A DNA stretch of 64,000 bases from Octopus vulgaris (GCA_951406725.2 OX597840.1:1302001-1366000); one strand, 5' to 3'; shown: positions 27,924 to 41,627, counted from the stretch's first letter. Notes: a model not told the origin generated them from the sequence alone. Numbers and translations: made by a program.

Positions 27924-28160
27924 CATATATATGTAGGTATGTATGTGTACAAGTTTTTGGGTGTGTATATCTCCTCAACATCGCTTGACAGCCGATGCTG
28001 GTGTGTCTACGTCGCCATACCTTAACGGTACGGCAAATGAGGCCGATATAAAAAGTACTAGGCTTACAAAGAATAAGTCCTGTGGTCGGTTTGCTCGAAG
28101 AAAGGCGGTGCTCCAGCATGGCCACAGTCAATTGACTAAAACAAGTAAAAGAGTAAAAGA
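27671..28160 (+). mobile_element. SINE type A, full length
   Basis: Head, expanded internal (TA)n and tail all colinear with other copies. Confidence 0.9.
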
Positions 28161-28604
28161 GATACATATACATATGTACCTGTACGTAGATATGTACCAA
28201 CCTACAACAGCGCCATCTCACACTCACACACACACACACAACACACACATATATACACATATATATAGACAACCATCCAGCCGTTATCTTTACCACAGTT
28301 GCTTCTTTATAACCTTTTGTAATATTTTTTGTCGTCCATTTTCGCCGACAGTCCCACGCATTATTTCAACGCTGCTCTCGATCGCAGACGGCGACAACGG
28401 TGTCAATATACATAATTAATCTCTTCCACTCGCTGCTGCATCAATATAATATTTTTGCTTGGGAACTCCCGCTATCTATCAGTGCATTAATCAATCGATC
28501 ACCCGCTCAATCGATCATTCACTCACTCAATCAATCAATTCATCAATCATTCACTTTCGATTTATGTATTTATCTGTATGAATCTAAACTTACATACATG
28601 TGTG

Positions 28605-28683
<79 letters not shown>

Positions 28684-28686
28684 ATG

Positions 28687-28728
<42 letters not shown>

Positions 28729-28732
28729 TATA

Positions 28733-28803
<71 letters not shown>

Positions 28804-28863
28804 ATCATATAGAATTTATATATATAGACACAGGCTCATAAATAATATATATTTTGTGTATGT

Positions 28864-29225
28864 AGAGGTGAACTTGCCTAGTGGTTAGGGCCAGTGCACC
28901 TCGGTCGTAGGATCGCGGTTTCGATTCCCAGGCAGGGTGTTGTGAGTGTTTATAGAGCGAAAACACTTAAAGCTCCACGATGTCCGGCAGGGTGTGGTTC
29001 CGAACCCTGCTGTATTGTTTCTCCACTACTTTCTCTCACACATTCTTCCTTCTGTTGTACATGTTTTTGGGAAGATCCATCCTCGTCACACTCTTTGTCA
29101 CGTTGAATCTTCCCGAGAACCACGTTAAGAGTACATGTGTCTGTGGAGTGCTCAGCCACTTGCACGCTAATTTCACAATCAGGCCTGTTCCGTTGAACGG
29201 ATCAACTGGAACCCTCGTCGTCGTA
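28864..29225 (+). mobile_element. SINE type C, diverged, tail 1
   Basis: Colinear with 29893-30280. Confidence 0.85.
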
Positions 29226-29279
29226 CATATATATATGTACATATTTATATCTATCTATATATATGTATATATGTATATA

Positions 29280-29672
29280 GGCGCAGGAGTGGCTGTGTGG
29301 TAAGTAGCTTGCTTACCAACCACATGGTTCCGTGTTCAGTCCCACTGCGTGGCACCTTGGGCAAGAGTCTTCTACTATAGCCTCGGGCCGACCAATGCCT
29401 TGTGAGTGGATTTGGTAGACGGAAACTTAAAGAAGCCTGTCGTATATATGTATATATATATATATATGTATAATGTGTGTGTGTTTGTGTGTCTGTGTTT
29501 GTCTCCCTTGATGCTGGTGTGTCTACGTCCCCGTCACCTAGCGGTTCGGCAAAAGAGAGACCGATAGAATAAGTACTAGGCTTACAAAGAATAAGTCCCG
29601 GAGTCGATTTGCCCGACTAAAGGCGGTGCTCCAGCATGGCCGCAGTCAAATGACTGAAACAAGTAAAAGAGT
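29280..29672 (+). mobile_element. SINE type A, full length
   Basis: Close to the apparent family consensus. Confidence 0.93.
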
Positions 29673-29685
29673 ATACACACACACA

Positions 29686-29848
29686 CGACGGACTGCTTTC
29701 AGTTTCCGACTACCAAACCCACTCACAAGGCTTTTGTTCGACCCCATGCTATAGCAGAAGACTCTTGCTCAAAGTGCCACGCAGTGAGACTCAACCCGAA
29801 ACCATGTGGTTGGGAGGCCATTTTCTTACTACACAGCCACCCCTGCTT
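29686..29848 (-). mobile_element. SINE type A 5' half, inverted relative to the adjacent copy
   Basis: Reverse complement of the head region 29280-29445. Confidence 0.85.
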
Positions 29849-29892
29849 CATATCTATAATGTAATGAAGAAAGCTGCTTATTAATTAGGTTT

Positions 29893-30280
29893 GGAGGCGC
29901 AATGGCCCAGTGGTTACGGCAACGGACTCGCACTCATAAGATCGCGGTTTCGATTCCCAGACCGGGCGTTGTGAGTGTTTATTGAGCGAAAACACCTAAA
30001 GCTCCACGAGGCTCTAGCAGGGATGGTGGTGATCCCTGCTGTACTCTTTCACCACAACTTTCTCTCACTCTTTCTTCCTGTTTCTCCTGTACCTGTATTT
30101 CAAAGGGCCGGCCTTGTCACTCTCTGTGTCACGCTGAATATCCCCGAGAACTACGTTGAGGGTACATGTGTCTGTGGAGTGCTCAGCCACTTACACGTTA
30201 ATTTCACGAGCAGGTTGTTCCGTTGATTCGGATCAACCGGAAATCTCATCGTCGTAACCGACGGAGTGCTTCCATCCATC
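29893..30280 (+). mobile_element. SINE type C, full length with target-site duplication
   Basis: tRNA-like head with A/B boxes; ATTAATTAGGTTT repeated at 29880-29892 and 30281-30293. Confidence 0.93.
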
Positions 30281-30748
30281 ATTAATTAGGTTTGTAACAG
30301 CTACTAAAACTACTAAAAGAAAGCAATTATTAAAGGGTTACAATTTCATGTTCTAAGAAATTTCCTATAATTTCGACATCGCATGTTTATAGAATTTGTT
30401 AGCTCCAATTTCTCGCAAATTTAAATATTCATTGCATTCACTCTAGAGTATTACATATTCATTTGCTAAGTTCTGTTTTAAGTTTTAATTCGCTTTTTGG
30501 AAAACCGATAGTTTATTCTATCAATGTATACGTAATGTAAAATCTTTATTTATTGAACGAATTTATTTTTTAATATCTCTATAATTTTCGAACGTGGGTT
30601 AGCTGACAGAAAAGCCTAGAAATTTGGGTAATTACTATTAGAAGCCGGGGAGGAAATAAGGTACCGACAAGTAATCGAATCTTGCACTATATACACAGTT
30701 TATAAACATTCTTTACCACTAAGGTAATAAATATATACACAACAAAGA

Positions 30749-31090
30749 CGGGGAGCTGGCAGAATCGTTAGCACGCGGGGCGAAATGCATAGCCGTATTT
30801 CGTCTGCCGTTACGTTCTGAGTTCAAATACCGCAGAGGTCGACTTTGCCTTTCATCCTCTCGGGGTCGATTAAATAAGTTCCAGTTACGTACTGGGGTCG
30901 ATATAATCGACTTAATCCGTGCGTCTGACCTTGTTTGTTCTCTCTGTGTTTAGTCCCTTGTGGATAGTAAAGAAATAGGTATTTTGTCTGCCGTTACGTT
31001 CGACTTTGCCTTTCATCCTCTTGGGGTCAATAAATTAAGTACCAGTTGCTTACTGGGGTCGATCTAATAAACTGGCGCACTCCCCGAAAA
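30749..31090 (+). mobile_element. SINE type B dimer
   Basis: Head plus two Nin/Deu-like domains. Confidence 0.88.
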
Positions 31091-31669
31091 AATGCGACAA
31101 AGCTAGCCCTTTGCATTGCGCGTACAAGTCTTGATTTTTTGAGTTGAGTGAACAGTAGCCACATGGACTAAAGTGTCTTACTCAAGGCCACATTACGCCT
31201 CTGAGAATCGAACTGTTACCTCATGATCTTGAGACGCATACAGTAAATAATATACGCGCATGCGCATGTAAGTGTGTGTCTGCGTCTGTGTGTGTGATAG
31301 AGAGAAAGATTATGCCGGCTTACGTATCTCTATATACTTAAATATACATATTGTTCTGTACAATCTGTCATATGTCCATATCTATGAGAAATAAACTGTT
31401 TGCTCCACCAGATTTTCCTGGTAAGAATGATCACCCCAAACCCTGTAGGACGAATCAATAACTGCCAAAATGACTGAAGAGACTAACGAAGCTTAAGTTT
31501 TTGTCTAGCAATTGCACAGAGACATAGATATGCTCATCAAGGTGAGCAGAGGTGCGCGGCGTAGTGATTGGTTTATCAGACAAGCGATCGTAAGATTGTG
31601 GTTTCGATTCCTTGACAGGGCGATGCGTCGTAGAGGCATTTTTTTTTTCAGTTTAGGAGAGTATTCTCT

Positions 31670-31870
31670 TTTTGTTTTTGTGTTTCAGTCATTTGACCGC
31701 GGCCATGCTGGAGCACCGCCTTTAGTCGAGCAAATCGACCCCAGGACTTATTCTTTGTAAGCCCGGTACTTATTCTATCGGTCTCTTTTTTGCCGAACCG
31801 CTAAGTTACGGGGACATAAACACACCAGCATTAGTTTTCAAGCGATGTTGGGGGCACAAACACAGTCATA
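31670..31870 (-). mobile_element. SINE type A 3' half
   Basis: Reverse complement of the tail and 3' body. Confidence 0.88.
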
Positions 31871-32249
31871 CAAACACACACACACACACACACACACAAA
31901 CAAACAAACATACACACACAAACACACAAACACACACAAACACACACACACGAGTTGATTCGCAGAATATATGTGTGTGTGTGTGATGTCTGTACGTGTG
32001 TGTGTGTGTGGTTATCGCTTAATGAATGGCAGAACAATACGACTGATAAAATCACACTCATTAACTTATATCTGTTTGTGTTTGTGCCACGGGGAACGCA
32101 AGACAGTGCGACTTCATACAGCTTCCTCAGAGCCATTTTAATTAATTTCCTTTAATTGCGGAATGCAATTAATTATATACTTGCCACTATAGACACTCAT
32201 ACAGACCCATACACACATACACATATACATTACCACGCATACATATATA

Positions 32250-32304
<55 letters not shown>

Positions 32305-32392
32305 GTAAATGTATATACACATATATATGCATATATATACATATATATTGTATTTATACATATGTAATATGTACATATTTATATATACATAT

Positions 32393-32443
<51 letters not shown>

Positions 32444-32542
32444 TATACATATTATTAAGTCAGTTTTTCGAAATCAGTGGCAGACGTCACTAGAAAAACT
32501 CTTATATATTTGCAAACAGGCCTTGTCTTTCATCGTGATCTG

Positions 32543-32600
32543 GTGATTACCGTCCGTTGATAAGAGACAATAATCTCGAAACCGGTCCGGTGCGTATCAC
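32543..32600 (+). ncRNA. Minimal type I hammerhead ribozyme candidate, U3:A8 core variant
   Basis: GTGATTACCGTCCG-TTGATAA-GAGA caataa TCTC-GAAA-CCG-GTC-CGGTGCGTATCAC: stem II 4 bp, palindromic stem III ACCGGT, GUC site, bulged stem I. Confidence 0.65.
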
Positions 32601-32833
32601 TCACGCTTACGAGAAAGGGATGGCCTCCCTTTGCAAATACTTTAAGGGCACAGAAAGTGTGTCTAAAGCCAGTTGGAGATGATGATCTCCTGGGGCTAAA
32701 AAGCTACAGTAGCACCCCCCTTTGGGGTTAGCCATATTGAGATGGCTTTTATACTTTACATTATATACATATTATATATACATATATAACATATAATTTA
32801 TAAATTTATATATAATGTATATAAATATAAATA

Positions 32834-32879
<46 letters not shown>

Positions 32880-32895
32880 CATATATTTAAGTATG

Positions 32896-32930
<35 letters not shown>

Positions 32931-33069
32931 ATGAGATGACATAGGAAAAGATTTTTCTCATGAACTGCTTTAGGTTACAGCTGTTTCTGATATGCGATAA
33001 AGTAGACTCATTCTTAAGTGCCTGAGTAACATCTTGTTGGTAGGGGACGAATTCTTGACTACAGATTTT

Positions 33070-33486
33070 TGGGTGTGACGCTCGTGGGAGGTCTTCCAAA
33101 CCACTCATTGACTTCCAGGGATTTTCTCTCGGTCGTAAGGCAGCCATGCCACTCAAAACTTTGCGTACGACTCGTTTCCTCGTCGTCGTCAGCGTGCCGA
33201 AGTATTTTCAATCTCTGTAGCAGACTCCCCAACTTTGAAGCAACGTTTGAAGTTGCCTCTTTGTTTCAGCTTCCTGTCCATGACAAAAATCACAGAATAC
33301 AGCATACTCGAGATAACAAAAAGAAACAAAAAACAAATTTCTCAAGTTGCAAAGTTAACACAGCGATTTTACTCGACACACTGTCTCATGAAGCTTATTG
33401 CCTGGTCTCCTTGCGCACCCAACCGTGTGCTGCTATCTGTTGGCGCCCTACAAAACTGCTCCGTGCACTTTTTGAATTCAGTCCAT
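33070..33486 (-). pseudogene. Mariner transposon fossil, left end and transposase N-terminus
   Basis: From ATG at 33281: MDRKLKQRGNFKRCFKVGESATE-KILRHADDDEETSRTQSFEWHGCLTTERKSLEVNEWFGRPPTS, matching the EQR..IKFC.KLGKSATET...FEW..RF..GR.SLED..RSGRP pattern. Confidence 0.8.
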
Positions 33487-33550
33487 AGAATAAGATTAAT
33501 GTGAAATTGTATTGAGATGTAGAGAATCAGGAATTGGATAGTGCTAGTGA

Positions 33551-33586
<36 letters not shown>

Positions 33587-33589
<3 letters not shown>

Positions 33590-34115
33590 AGGTCACTTTC
33601 GAGTGCTACTGGTAACATGTAACCCAGTACAACCTGTTGCACGGTCGGGTCGTCGTCAACAAAACTGGCAACCCCACCAAGCTTGCTTGGTGAGGATGGT
33701 GTTTATTGGACACCGTCAAAGGGTGGACGAACCCTTGAGAGTCAACGGCCATCCAATAAATGTCTTAAGGCTATATCATGCGCGGGGACAGAAATAATCG
33801 AACTGAATACCCGATCGTGCGGTTAAACCATTGGGAGTGAAGGACTCCCAGCCTTTGTTAGGGCATCCTTCTAGGAGAAGGTGACTCAGGTAACTGGGAT
33901 AACACCGACATAAAACCTGCGGCTCAGTGGTTGCCGATAATGTCGACTTGTTCATCTTTTCGGATTATGGCTGCTGTTGCTTAGTGAGTGGGATTGACTC
34001 AGTGCACAGCCTTTCCTCACTTTAAAAACAAATCGTCTTGCATAGCCATTGCACAATAACAACATTAATTAAGCTTCGTGCAATGGCTACATTCGATAAC
34101 GTGGGGCAGCCACCA
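33587..34115 (+). mobile_element. Non-coding, structured, probably RTE-derived non-autonomous element in (TA)n
   Basis: GGGCATCCTTCTAGGAGAAGG resembles the conserved RTE 5' UTR box; several hairpins; (TA)n on both sides. Confidence 0.55.
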
Positions 34116-34129
34116 TATATATATATATA

Positions 34130-34360
34130 TAAATTAAGAGAAGGCTTAAAAAGAATGTACCTGTGGAAAATCAGGGCATGTTAATTTTTATGTGTGTGAT
34201 TTGCGGGAGGAATTGGTTGAGGTATGCAAGCCTGGTCAGCCATCAGAGAACTCATAGAAATCAACCCCTTGCATATGGTGATACGGCTATTGCTCACAAT
34301 AGAACATGTGCAACTTGTAAAATGGTGCGCCTTTCAGTCGGAAGGTTGAAAAGGCATGAG
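34130..34360 (+). pseudogene. Fragment with two decayed C2H2-like fingers, likely RTE LINE C-terminus
   Basis: FMCVICGRNWLRYASLVSHQRTH...TCATCKMVRLSVGRLKRH; no TGEKP linkers; bounded by microsatellites. Confidence 0.55.
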
Positions 34361-34509
34361 TATGCGTGTGTGCGTTTGTGTTTGTTTTTTGTGTGTCTGT
34401 GTGTCTGCGTGTGTCTGCCTGTATCTATGTATGCATGCATATAGGGTCTATATCGACACAGGATTTAGCATACTCGATGTCTTTATGTAACAGCAATCCA
34501 GATATATAG

Positions 34510-34563
<54 letters not shown>

Positions 34564-37377
34564 GCCATATACTGGCTGTTAGTTCGTCCTCTGTTCGATT
34601 CAAGTCCCTGATGATCACAAGCTGCAAAATTGTCCAAATATAAGTATCGATCGCTCGTAAGTGAGATAGGAGGCAAATTGTCAGAGAGAGAATCATCTTG
34701 AGAGCGCTGTCCCGTAGCAAGCCAGTAAACGAGCAAAGCATATACATAGAGTATGTGCGGTCGTTACTATATATAAACAAATTTATATATATATATTTAC
34801 ATATATATGTATGTATATGTAGGGCCATATATGTGTTTGTACCTGTGTATGTGTGTCTCCATCTACCAATCAGTTACCAAATTGATTCTTCCCTTTTATT
34901 GTCATTCCACAGTTCAGCTGCTACATTATTATTTCATTATTCCGTTATTCCAGTTATTCCAAATATTCTATTATTCCATTATACCATTATTCAAATATTC
35001 GATTCATCGCCGAAGATTCTATTGTAAAAGCGTTATTTCCTTTTTTTATTAATTCCATGCCGTTCTTACTATTCATCTCGTTCGTTTGATTTCAGAACCT
35101 GAATGGTAATTGAATTTACCTTTCAATATTTTTAGTATATTTGCTTTTTCTTTTATTTTGTTCTTTTTTTTTCAGTTGAGTTTGAATGTGTATGTATCCG
35201 TGTGTGCTTGTGTGTCAGTGTATGTTTATGTGTATATTTGTGTATGTGTGCGTTTGAAATTTATGCTAGCATGTAGGTGTGATATATACGTATATTTGTT
35301 TGTGTCTAATTCCGTGTGTGTATTGTTGTATGTGTGTGTGTGTGTGTGGTTGTATGTGTGTATGCATGTGTAGTTGTATGTGTGTGTAGTTGTATATATG
35401 TGTGTGTGTGTGTGTGTGTGTGCGGTTTAAAAAATTCCGGTATTAAGATTCAATAAAAGTTGTTGATTAATATACGTGTATGTGTGTGTGTGTGTGTTTC
35501 TGCATTTAAGTACATATGTACGTGTGTATCTGTATGTGTGTATATATGTGCATTTGTGTATACGAAAACGTATATTTATGGTTGTTTCTGTGTATTTCTG
35601 TGTATATATATATATATATATGTGTGTGTGAAGGTAGGTATACATGTACGTAGGTGTGTAGATATGTATTGTTTACGTATGTACACATAACTATAATTAG
35701 ATGAATATTTATGTAGACATATATATATATATATACATATATATATACATATATATACATATATATGCATATATATATATACTTATCTCTCTATATATGT
35801 GTATATATATATATAGAGAGAGAGAGAGAGTGAGAGAGAGATACATAATACATATATACATAAAACTGCATAAATATTTACATGTATATACATATATATG
35901 CATAAATATATACAAGCACACACACGCACACACATATATATATACATGTATACATACATATAAATATATATATATATATATACAATTTATATCTAGATAT
36001 GTATATATATATACACACATATATATGTAATATATATATATACGTATATATATTTATATATATTTATAAGTATATATAACATATATTCACATAAAGACAT
36101 ATATATACATATACATGTATATATACATACATATATATATATATGTCTATATATATATTTATATGTATATACATATTTATATGTATAAATATATATACAT
36201 ACGTATTCTATATTATTAAATGTAAACGTGTGTAATGGCTGTAGAAATGTGTATACATGTGCACGAAGAGAGATAGAGGGAGAGAGAAAGACTGTGATGG
36301 AGATAGAGAAAGATAAATAGAGAGAGGGAAATGCCTACATTTTGAATATTAAAAATCAAAAAAATATTTTTGAAGGCATTTATCTATATGCATACATGCA
36401 TATAAATATATGTATATTATATATTATATATTACATATTACGTTATAAATATATATATCATACAAACACACACACTCACATATACATACATATTCTTACA
36501 CATGCGCACACACATGTATATATTATCCCTTAAAACGAAAAATAAACGATGAAATGACAATCGTTTTATTTTTTTACTTTTACTGGCAACATGGCGTTTC
36601 TCTCCTTTCTTTATGGAAAATTAATTAAAATACATATCCAGCCATTTGCGCCTAGCCCCTGACTTCCCCTTATTATTTACGACAAGCCCAAAACCCCACA
36701 CGTAAAAGACGCACACGCTAACACAAACACAAACATACACACACACACATATACATACAGAAAAAATATACACATAAGTACAAACACACAGATACACGGT
36801 TATATATACACATACCTACTTAAACTTGAACTGGAGCATTTTACAAATATTTTATGACATTTAAATAAAAAAAAAATTCGTCAAAATGATATTTCTCGAG
36901 GATTCCAAAAAGATTAGAATGTTTAAGTACTTTTGTGTATTTTCTTGCGGTTGTTATTGTTGTTGTTGTTGAATTTGGTTTTCGTTTTTAATTGCTTTAT
37001 TTATCTATTTGTTTATTTACGCTGTTGTTTTTGGTTTATTATTTCGTGAATACATAATTCTACATAATCCAATCGAAGACTCCTGGAATTAACTCTGGAA
37101 ATAAAATTATTACACGCTTCTTCATCAAGAAAAGTCAAAAGACAGCGCTGATTTGATTTACAACGGCTTTCGTGTGCTGCTGGATTTTCACGTTAGCTTA
37201 TCAACATCTCAACACAGCGCATTCACTAAAGAAACACACATAAGAACACACATACACACAAGCAGACACATATATATATATATACACACACACACGTACA
37301 CAACACAAACAAGCATGTACATATAGCTATCTATCGATCTATGTAACTATCTTTCTCCCTCACGTTCTCTATGTGTA

Positions 37378-37428
<51 letters not shown>

Positions 37429-37719
37429 GAACAAATATATACATATATATGTATACACATAAGCACATTTGTAGATGCATTCGTACATGTTATGATCATG
37501 TATGTATATATATGTAAATATATATGTGTGCGTCCTTGTGTGGGGGTATGTGTATGCGTATGTATGTGTACACATGTATGTATATATATATATATACACA
37601 TATATATATGTACAGATGTGTTAATAGATATATGACCCATGTTGTGAATACGCATGTATTTAGAGATTTGTGTTTATGTGTATGAACGTTTAACAGTTTC
37701 CAAATGTATCCACGAACAC

Positions 37720-37774
<55 letters not shown>

Positions 37775-37805
37775 GTTTTAAGCGTATATATGTGTTTATT
37801 CGTAT

Positions 37806-38260
37806 AGGCTCTGTTGTGTGGTAAGAAGCTTCTTTACCAAATCCAAACTTACAAGTTCTGTCCTATTACACGGCACACTGGGGAAGTGTGTGCTATAATG
37901 GCCCGGTGCTGAACAATTGCCCTTTGAATTAGATTTGGTGGAAGGAAACTAAAAAGAAGCGTATGGCATACCTATGTATATGTATAGATACATGTGCGTG
38001 TGTGTTTGTGTGTGTGTATGTGTATGTGTGTAAGTGTGTGTATGTGTGTGTGTGTGTGTGTTTCTGTGTTCTTGTGTTGTATTTGTCAAACTGCAATTGT
38101 TGACAACCTGTGTTGGTTTTATTTCGACATTTGTAACTTAGTAATTCCGTAATAGAAAAGGCGAGAAAATTGTACAGGCTTGGAGAAAATAAAGAACTTC
38201 TGCCTTATCTATTCAAGGCGATGTTCTAGATGGCCGCAGTTCCATGACTGAAACAATTTC
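37806..38260 (+). mobile_element. Highly diverged SINE type A
   Basis: TGTGTGGTAAGAAGCT head, GATTTGGTGGAAGGAAACT body, TGGCCGCAGTTCCATGACTGAAACAA tail. Confidence 0.7.
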
Positions 38261-39049
38261 AGCAATTCCATAGCAAGCATAGTCGATTGTATCAATCTCA
38301 ATTTTCAATTGATAATGATTTTATCGCTACCAAATTTATGAAAGGCAAAGTCGTCCATGTCGGTATTTCAATTCACTTAGAAGTCTAAATTTCAAAGTGG
38401 TGCTGGTAAGCATTTTCCTGGAGCAATAAGGATTGCGACACCTCAGCTCCTATATCAATGTATAAGAAATAGACGCATCATTGCAAGGCAGGACAGGTAA
38501 ATATTGTCAAAAGTTACTCTTTTACAATAATAGTGGAAGGTCTTAGTCTTTTAGATTCAAATAACTCCAAGATAAGTTTTAGAATATTGTCAACAAAAAT
38601 ATGCCAGTGTAGAAAAATAAGAGGAAAACCATTGTAACAGTGGTTATAATGCAATTTTGAGTGGATTCATTAATATCTATACAGTACAGTCTAACTCTAA
38701 AACTCATTGTTTAGTTTTAAAAGCGGTCGACTAAATTCATTAAAATCCCAAATATACTTAGATAATATTGCTGAAAATCTCTTCTCTGAAAGTTTCGAAG
38801 AAAGCATTCGCTGGATTAAGCATCTATATTTGAACCAACGATTTAATCTTCTAGTTTATAGCTCAGTATTTTGGATTTTTAAGGTTTCTCAACGAAAAAA
38901 GAGAAAATATAGAGAAAGAATTTTAAAATTAATTCGCATAGATATGTAGGGGTTGGGATGTGGCTTACTCAAATTAGTAGCTTTATATGACTTAAGTGTC
39001 TCCACAACTATTGTCCGCTTTTAATGGATGTTGTTTAGTACCTTTTATC

Positions 39050-39362
39050 TTGTACTTCATTCAGTCATCAGGCTGGGGCCATGCTGGGGCATGACCTAAA
39101 GAAATTTAGTCGTACTTACATTTTTAAAGTCTGTTGCTCATTCCATCGGTTCTTTTGCCGAAACGCTAAGTTACAGTGGATGTAATCACGCCAGTACCGG
39201 TTGTTAAACTGTCGTGGGGAATAAACACAGACACAAAGACAAAAGCATAGTTAAACATGTATATATTTATATCTATCTATTAGTCTATATCTCTAACAAT
39301 CTATCTATCTGTCTATCTATCTCTTTATATACTCACATACATACATAGGTACACACACACAC

Positions 39363-39443
<81 letters not shown>

Positions 39444-39468
39444 TTTATACATACATACATATATACAT

Positions 39469-39530
<62 letters not shown>

Positions 39531-40670
39531 TCATACATACATATTGTTACGGACCACCCTCGCTCAGTCGAACGGAGAATCCGCCACACAGAAAGGACTC
39601 GGTGGGGATGGCAGCGGCGAACACAGCAACCGGCGACCGGAGATACCAAACGACAACAACAACAACAGCAGGAAGAGACAGACACAAAGAGAAACGGCGG
39701 AAGGCAATTGGCTTACATTTAAACACAGTTTATGACAATCATTACAACATCAAATACAATGTAAAACACATCAGATATATCAAAGAAAATACATGCAAGA
39801 AACAACAAAACAACAGCATTTAAACAGTACACGTCGAATCAAACAAATAAGTTCAGATCAAATAATGTTCACGATACGTTACAGTCCAATCAGAACAGTT
39901 CAATTAACGTACACATTAACGATACAATTCAGAGTTCTTCTCTTGTCTTTTTCCTTCTTTTTTTGTAACACGTATCAATACAATTCACATTGTTCTTTAT
40001 GATCACATCAACAAGTCTTTTACTTAATTCACATATCAATTCTTTTACATTTCAACACAACTCAATAATCAACACATACCGTACAACAGCCAATGCCTTA
40101 CACCGTAGTCCCGCTCTATCGCTCCTTAATCCTATCTATCTGTCTTTCTCTACCGACCGCCTCACGCCGTAATCCTATCTGCATTGTCCTCATCGACGTG
40201 TCATTGTCACTCTCTCCCTGTCATCTCTCAGATTGTGTGTCTGTCTTTCTCAACTGACCGCTTCTTTCGTAATCCCATCTGCCTTGTTACCACCTCAATT
40301 TCTCCGGCTGAACTGACTGCCAGACTCACAACTCCTGCTTTTTTTATAGGGTAGTTTCCTTGACCCTTCCCTGACCGGCACAAAGCCAAAGGTCCCCTCA
40401 AAGCTCATTACTTTCTCGTGAATCCGACAGAACAAAGGACAATAACTTTACATTGTAGACTTCCAGTCTCCAAGCCAGCAAAGTAGGTCAAGAAGTACTG
40501 TCCCTGAACTGACCTATTCACAACACTATATATATACCAAACATAGGCTCAAGCTTTTGGTTGACCGTAGGCTATAGTATAATTCCCCGAAGATGCCACG
40601 CAGTGGGACTGAATCCGGAACCATGTGATTTTGTAGTAAACATCTTCCGACGCACCCACGCTACCGCCTA
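39050..40670 (-). mobile_element. Diverged SINE type A split by an LTR insertion
   Basis: 3' half at about 39050-39240 and 5' half at about 40545-40670 flank the LTR. Confidence 0.7.
39545..40525 (-). mobile_element. Solo LTR (~980 bp)
   Basis: TGTT...AACA termini, flanks ATAT/CTAT (4-bp TSD with one mismatch), minus-strand TATAAAA starting at 40348 and TCAGTT initiator-like motif at 40311-40316; no ORF. Confidence 0.7.
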
Positions 40671-41064
40671 TACTATATTTTCACTAGAGTAAACTCTTGG
40701 ATCACCTAGGTATTCTGCTCTGCGTGTTTGATGGTGCCTACGTTATCCACGTTGTGACATCAGTTGAAAATATTATAACTAACTCTAGATTCATTTGTAT
40801 GACTGCATCTCCAGCGTTTGCGAAGAGGGTTCTAGACGGTTGATTCATTATATTTAATTACACAGAAAAAAATCCACAGAAAGAATACTACTTCACAGGG
40901 TTTTATTATATATAATGCAAGCTTTATTCGTGTAGACAACGACCAGTTTTCTGGCATCACTTTTAGTATATCCTGTGTGATCATCCACGTAAGTTCAAAT
41001 ATTTTATGATAGAATCATTAAATGTGCATAGAATCTTGTCACGTATCGGCAGATTTATACTCTA

Positions 41065-41432
41065 CTCTTTTACTCTTTTACTTGTTTCAGTCATTAGACT
41101 GCGGCCATGCTGGAGCACCGCCTTTTAGTACTTATTCTATCGGTCTCTTTTGCCGAACCGCTAAGTGACGGGGACGTAAACACACCAGCATCGGTTGTCA
41201 AGCAATGCTAGGGGGACAAACACAGGCACACAAACACATACGCACACACATATATATATATACATATATACGACAGGCTTCTTTCAGTTTCCGTCTACCA
41301 AATCCACTCACAAGGCATTGGTCAGCCCGGGGCTATAGCAGAAGACACTTGCCCAAGATGCCACGCAGTGGACTGAACCCGGAACCATGTGGTTGGTTAG
41401 CAAGCAACTTACCACACAGCCACTCCTGCGCC
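41065..41432 (-). mobile_element. SINE type A with a short internal deletion
   Basis: Colinear with 49665-50050 except for the segment between CCGCCTTT and AGTACTTATT. Confidence 0.92.
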
Positions 41433-41627
41433 TGGTATATATCCAGGTATTTTTTAAATGAAAGTTCAAAGCTAACCAGTCGCCTTCAGTTCCTCCAATA
41501 TGGTATATTGCTACAGAGCCTTAATCACCTGAGCGTGGTAGCTTAAAAGTGCAGCTGCTGTCGTATGAGCTGTAAACATTTTTAGTGGCTTTATTAAAAC
41601 CGAGTCTAATAACGGATAATGATTAAA

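Noticed and set aside
29893-29965. tRNA gene (also heads at 622, 22419, 41946, 45731)
   Set aside because: A/B boxes are present but there is no complete cloverleaf, and each head continues into a shared SINE body.
34163-34444. Host C2H2 zinc-finger gene of the expanded cephalopod family
   Set aside because: Only two degenerate fingers, no TGEKP linkers, bounded by microsatellites; fits a LINE C-terminus better.
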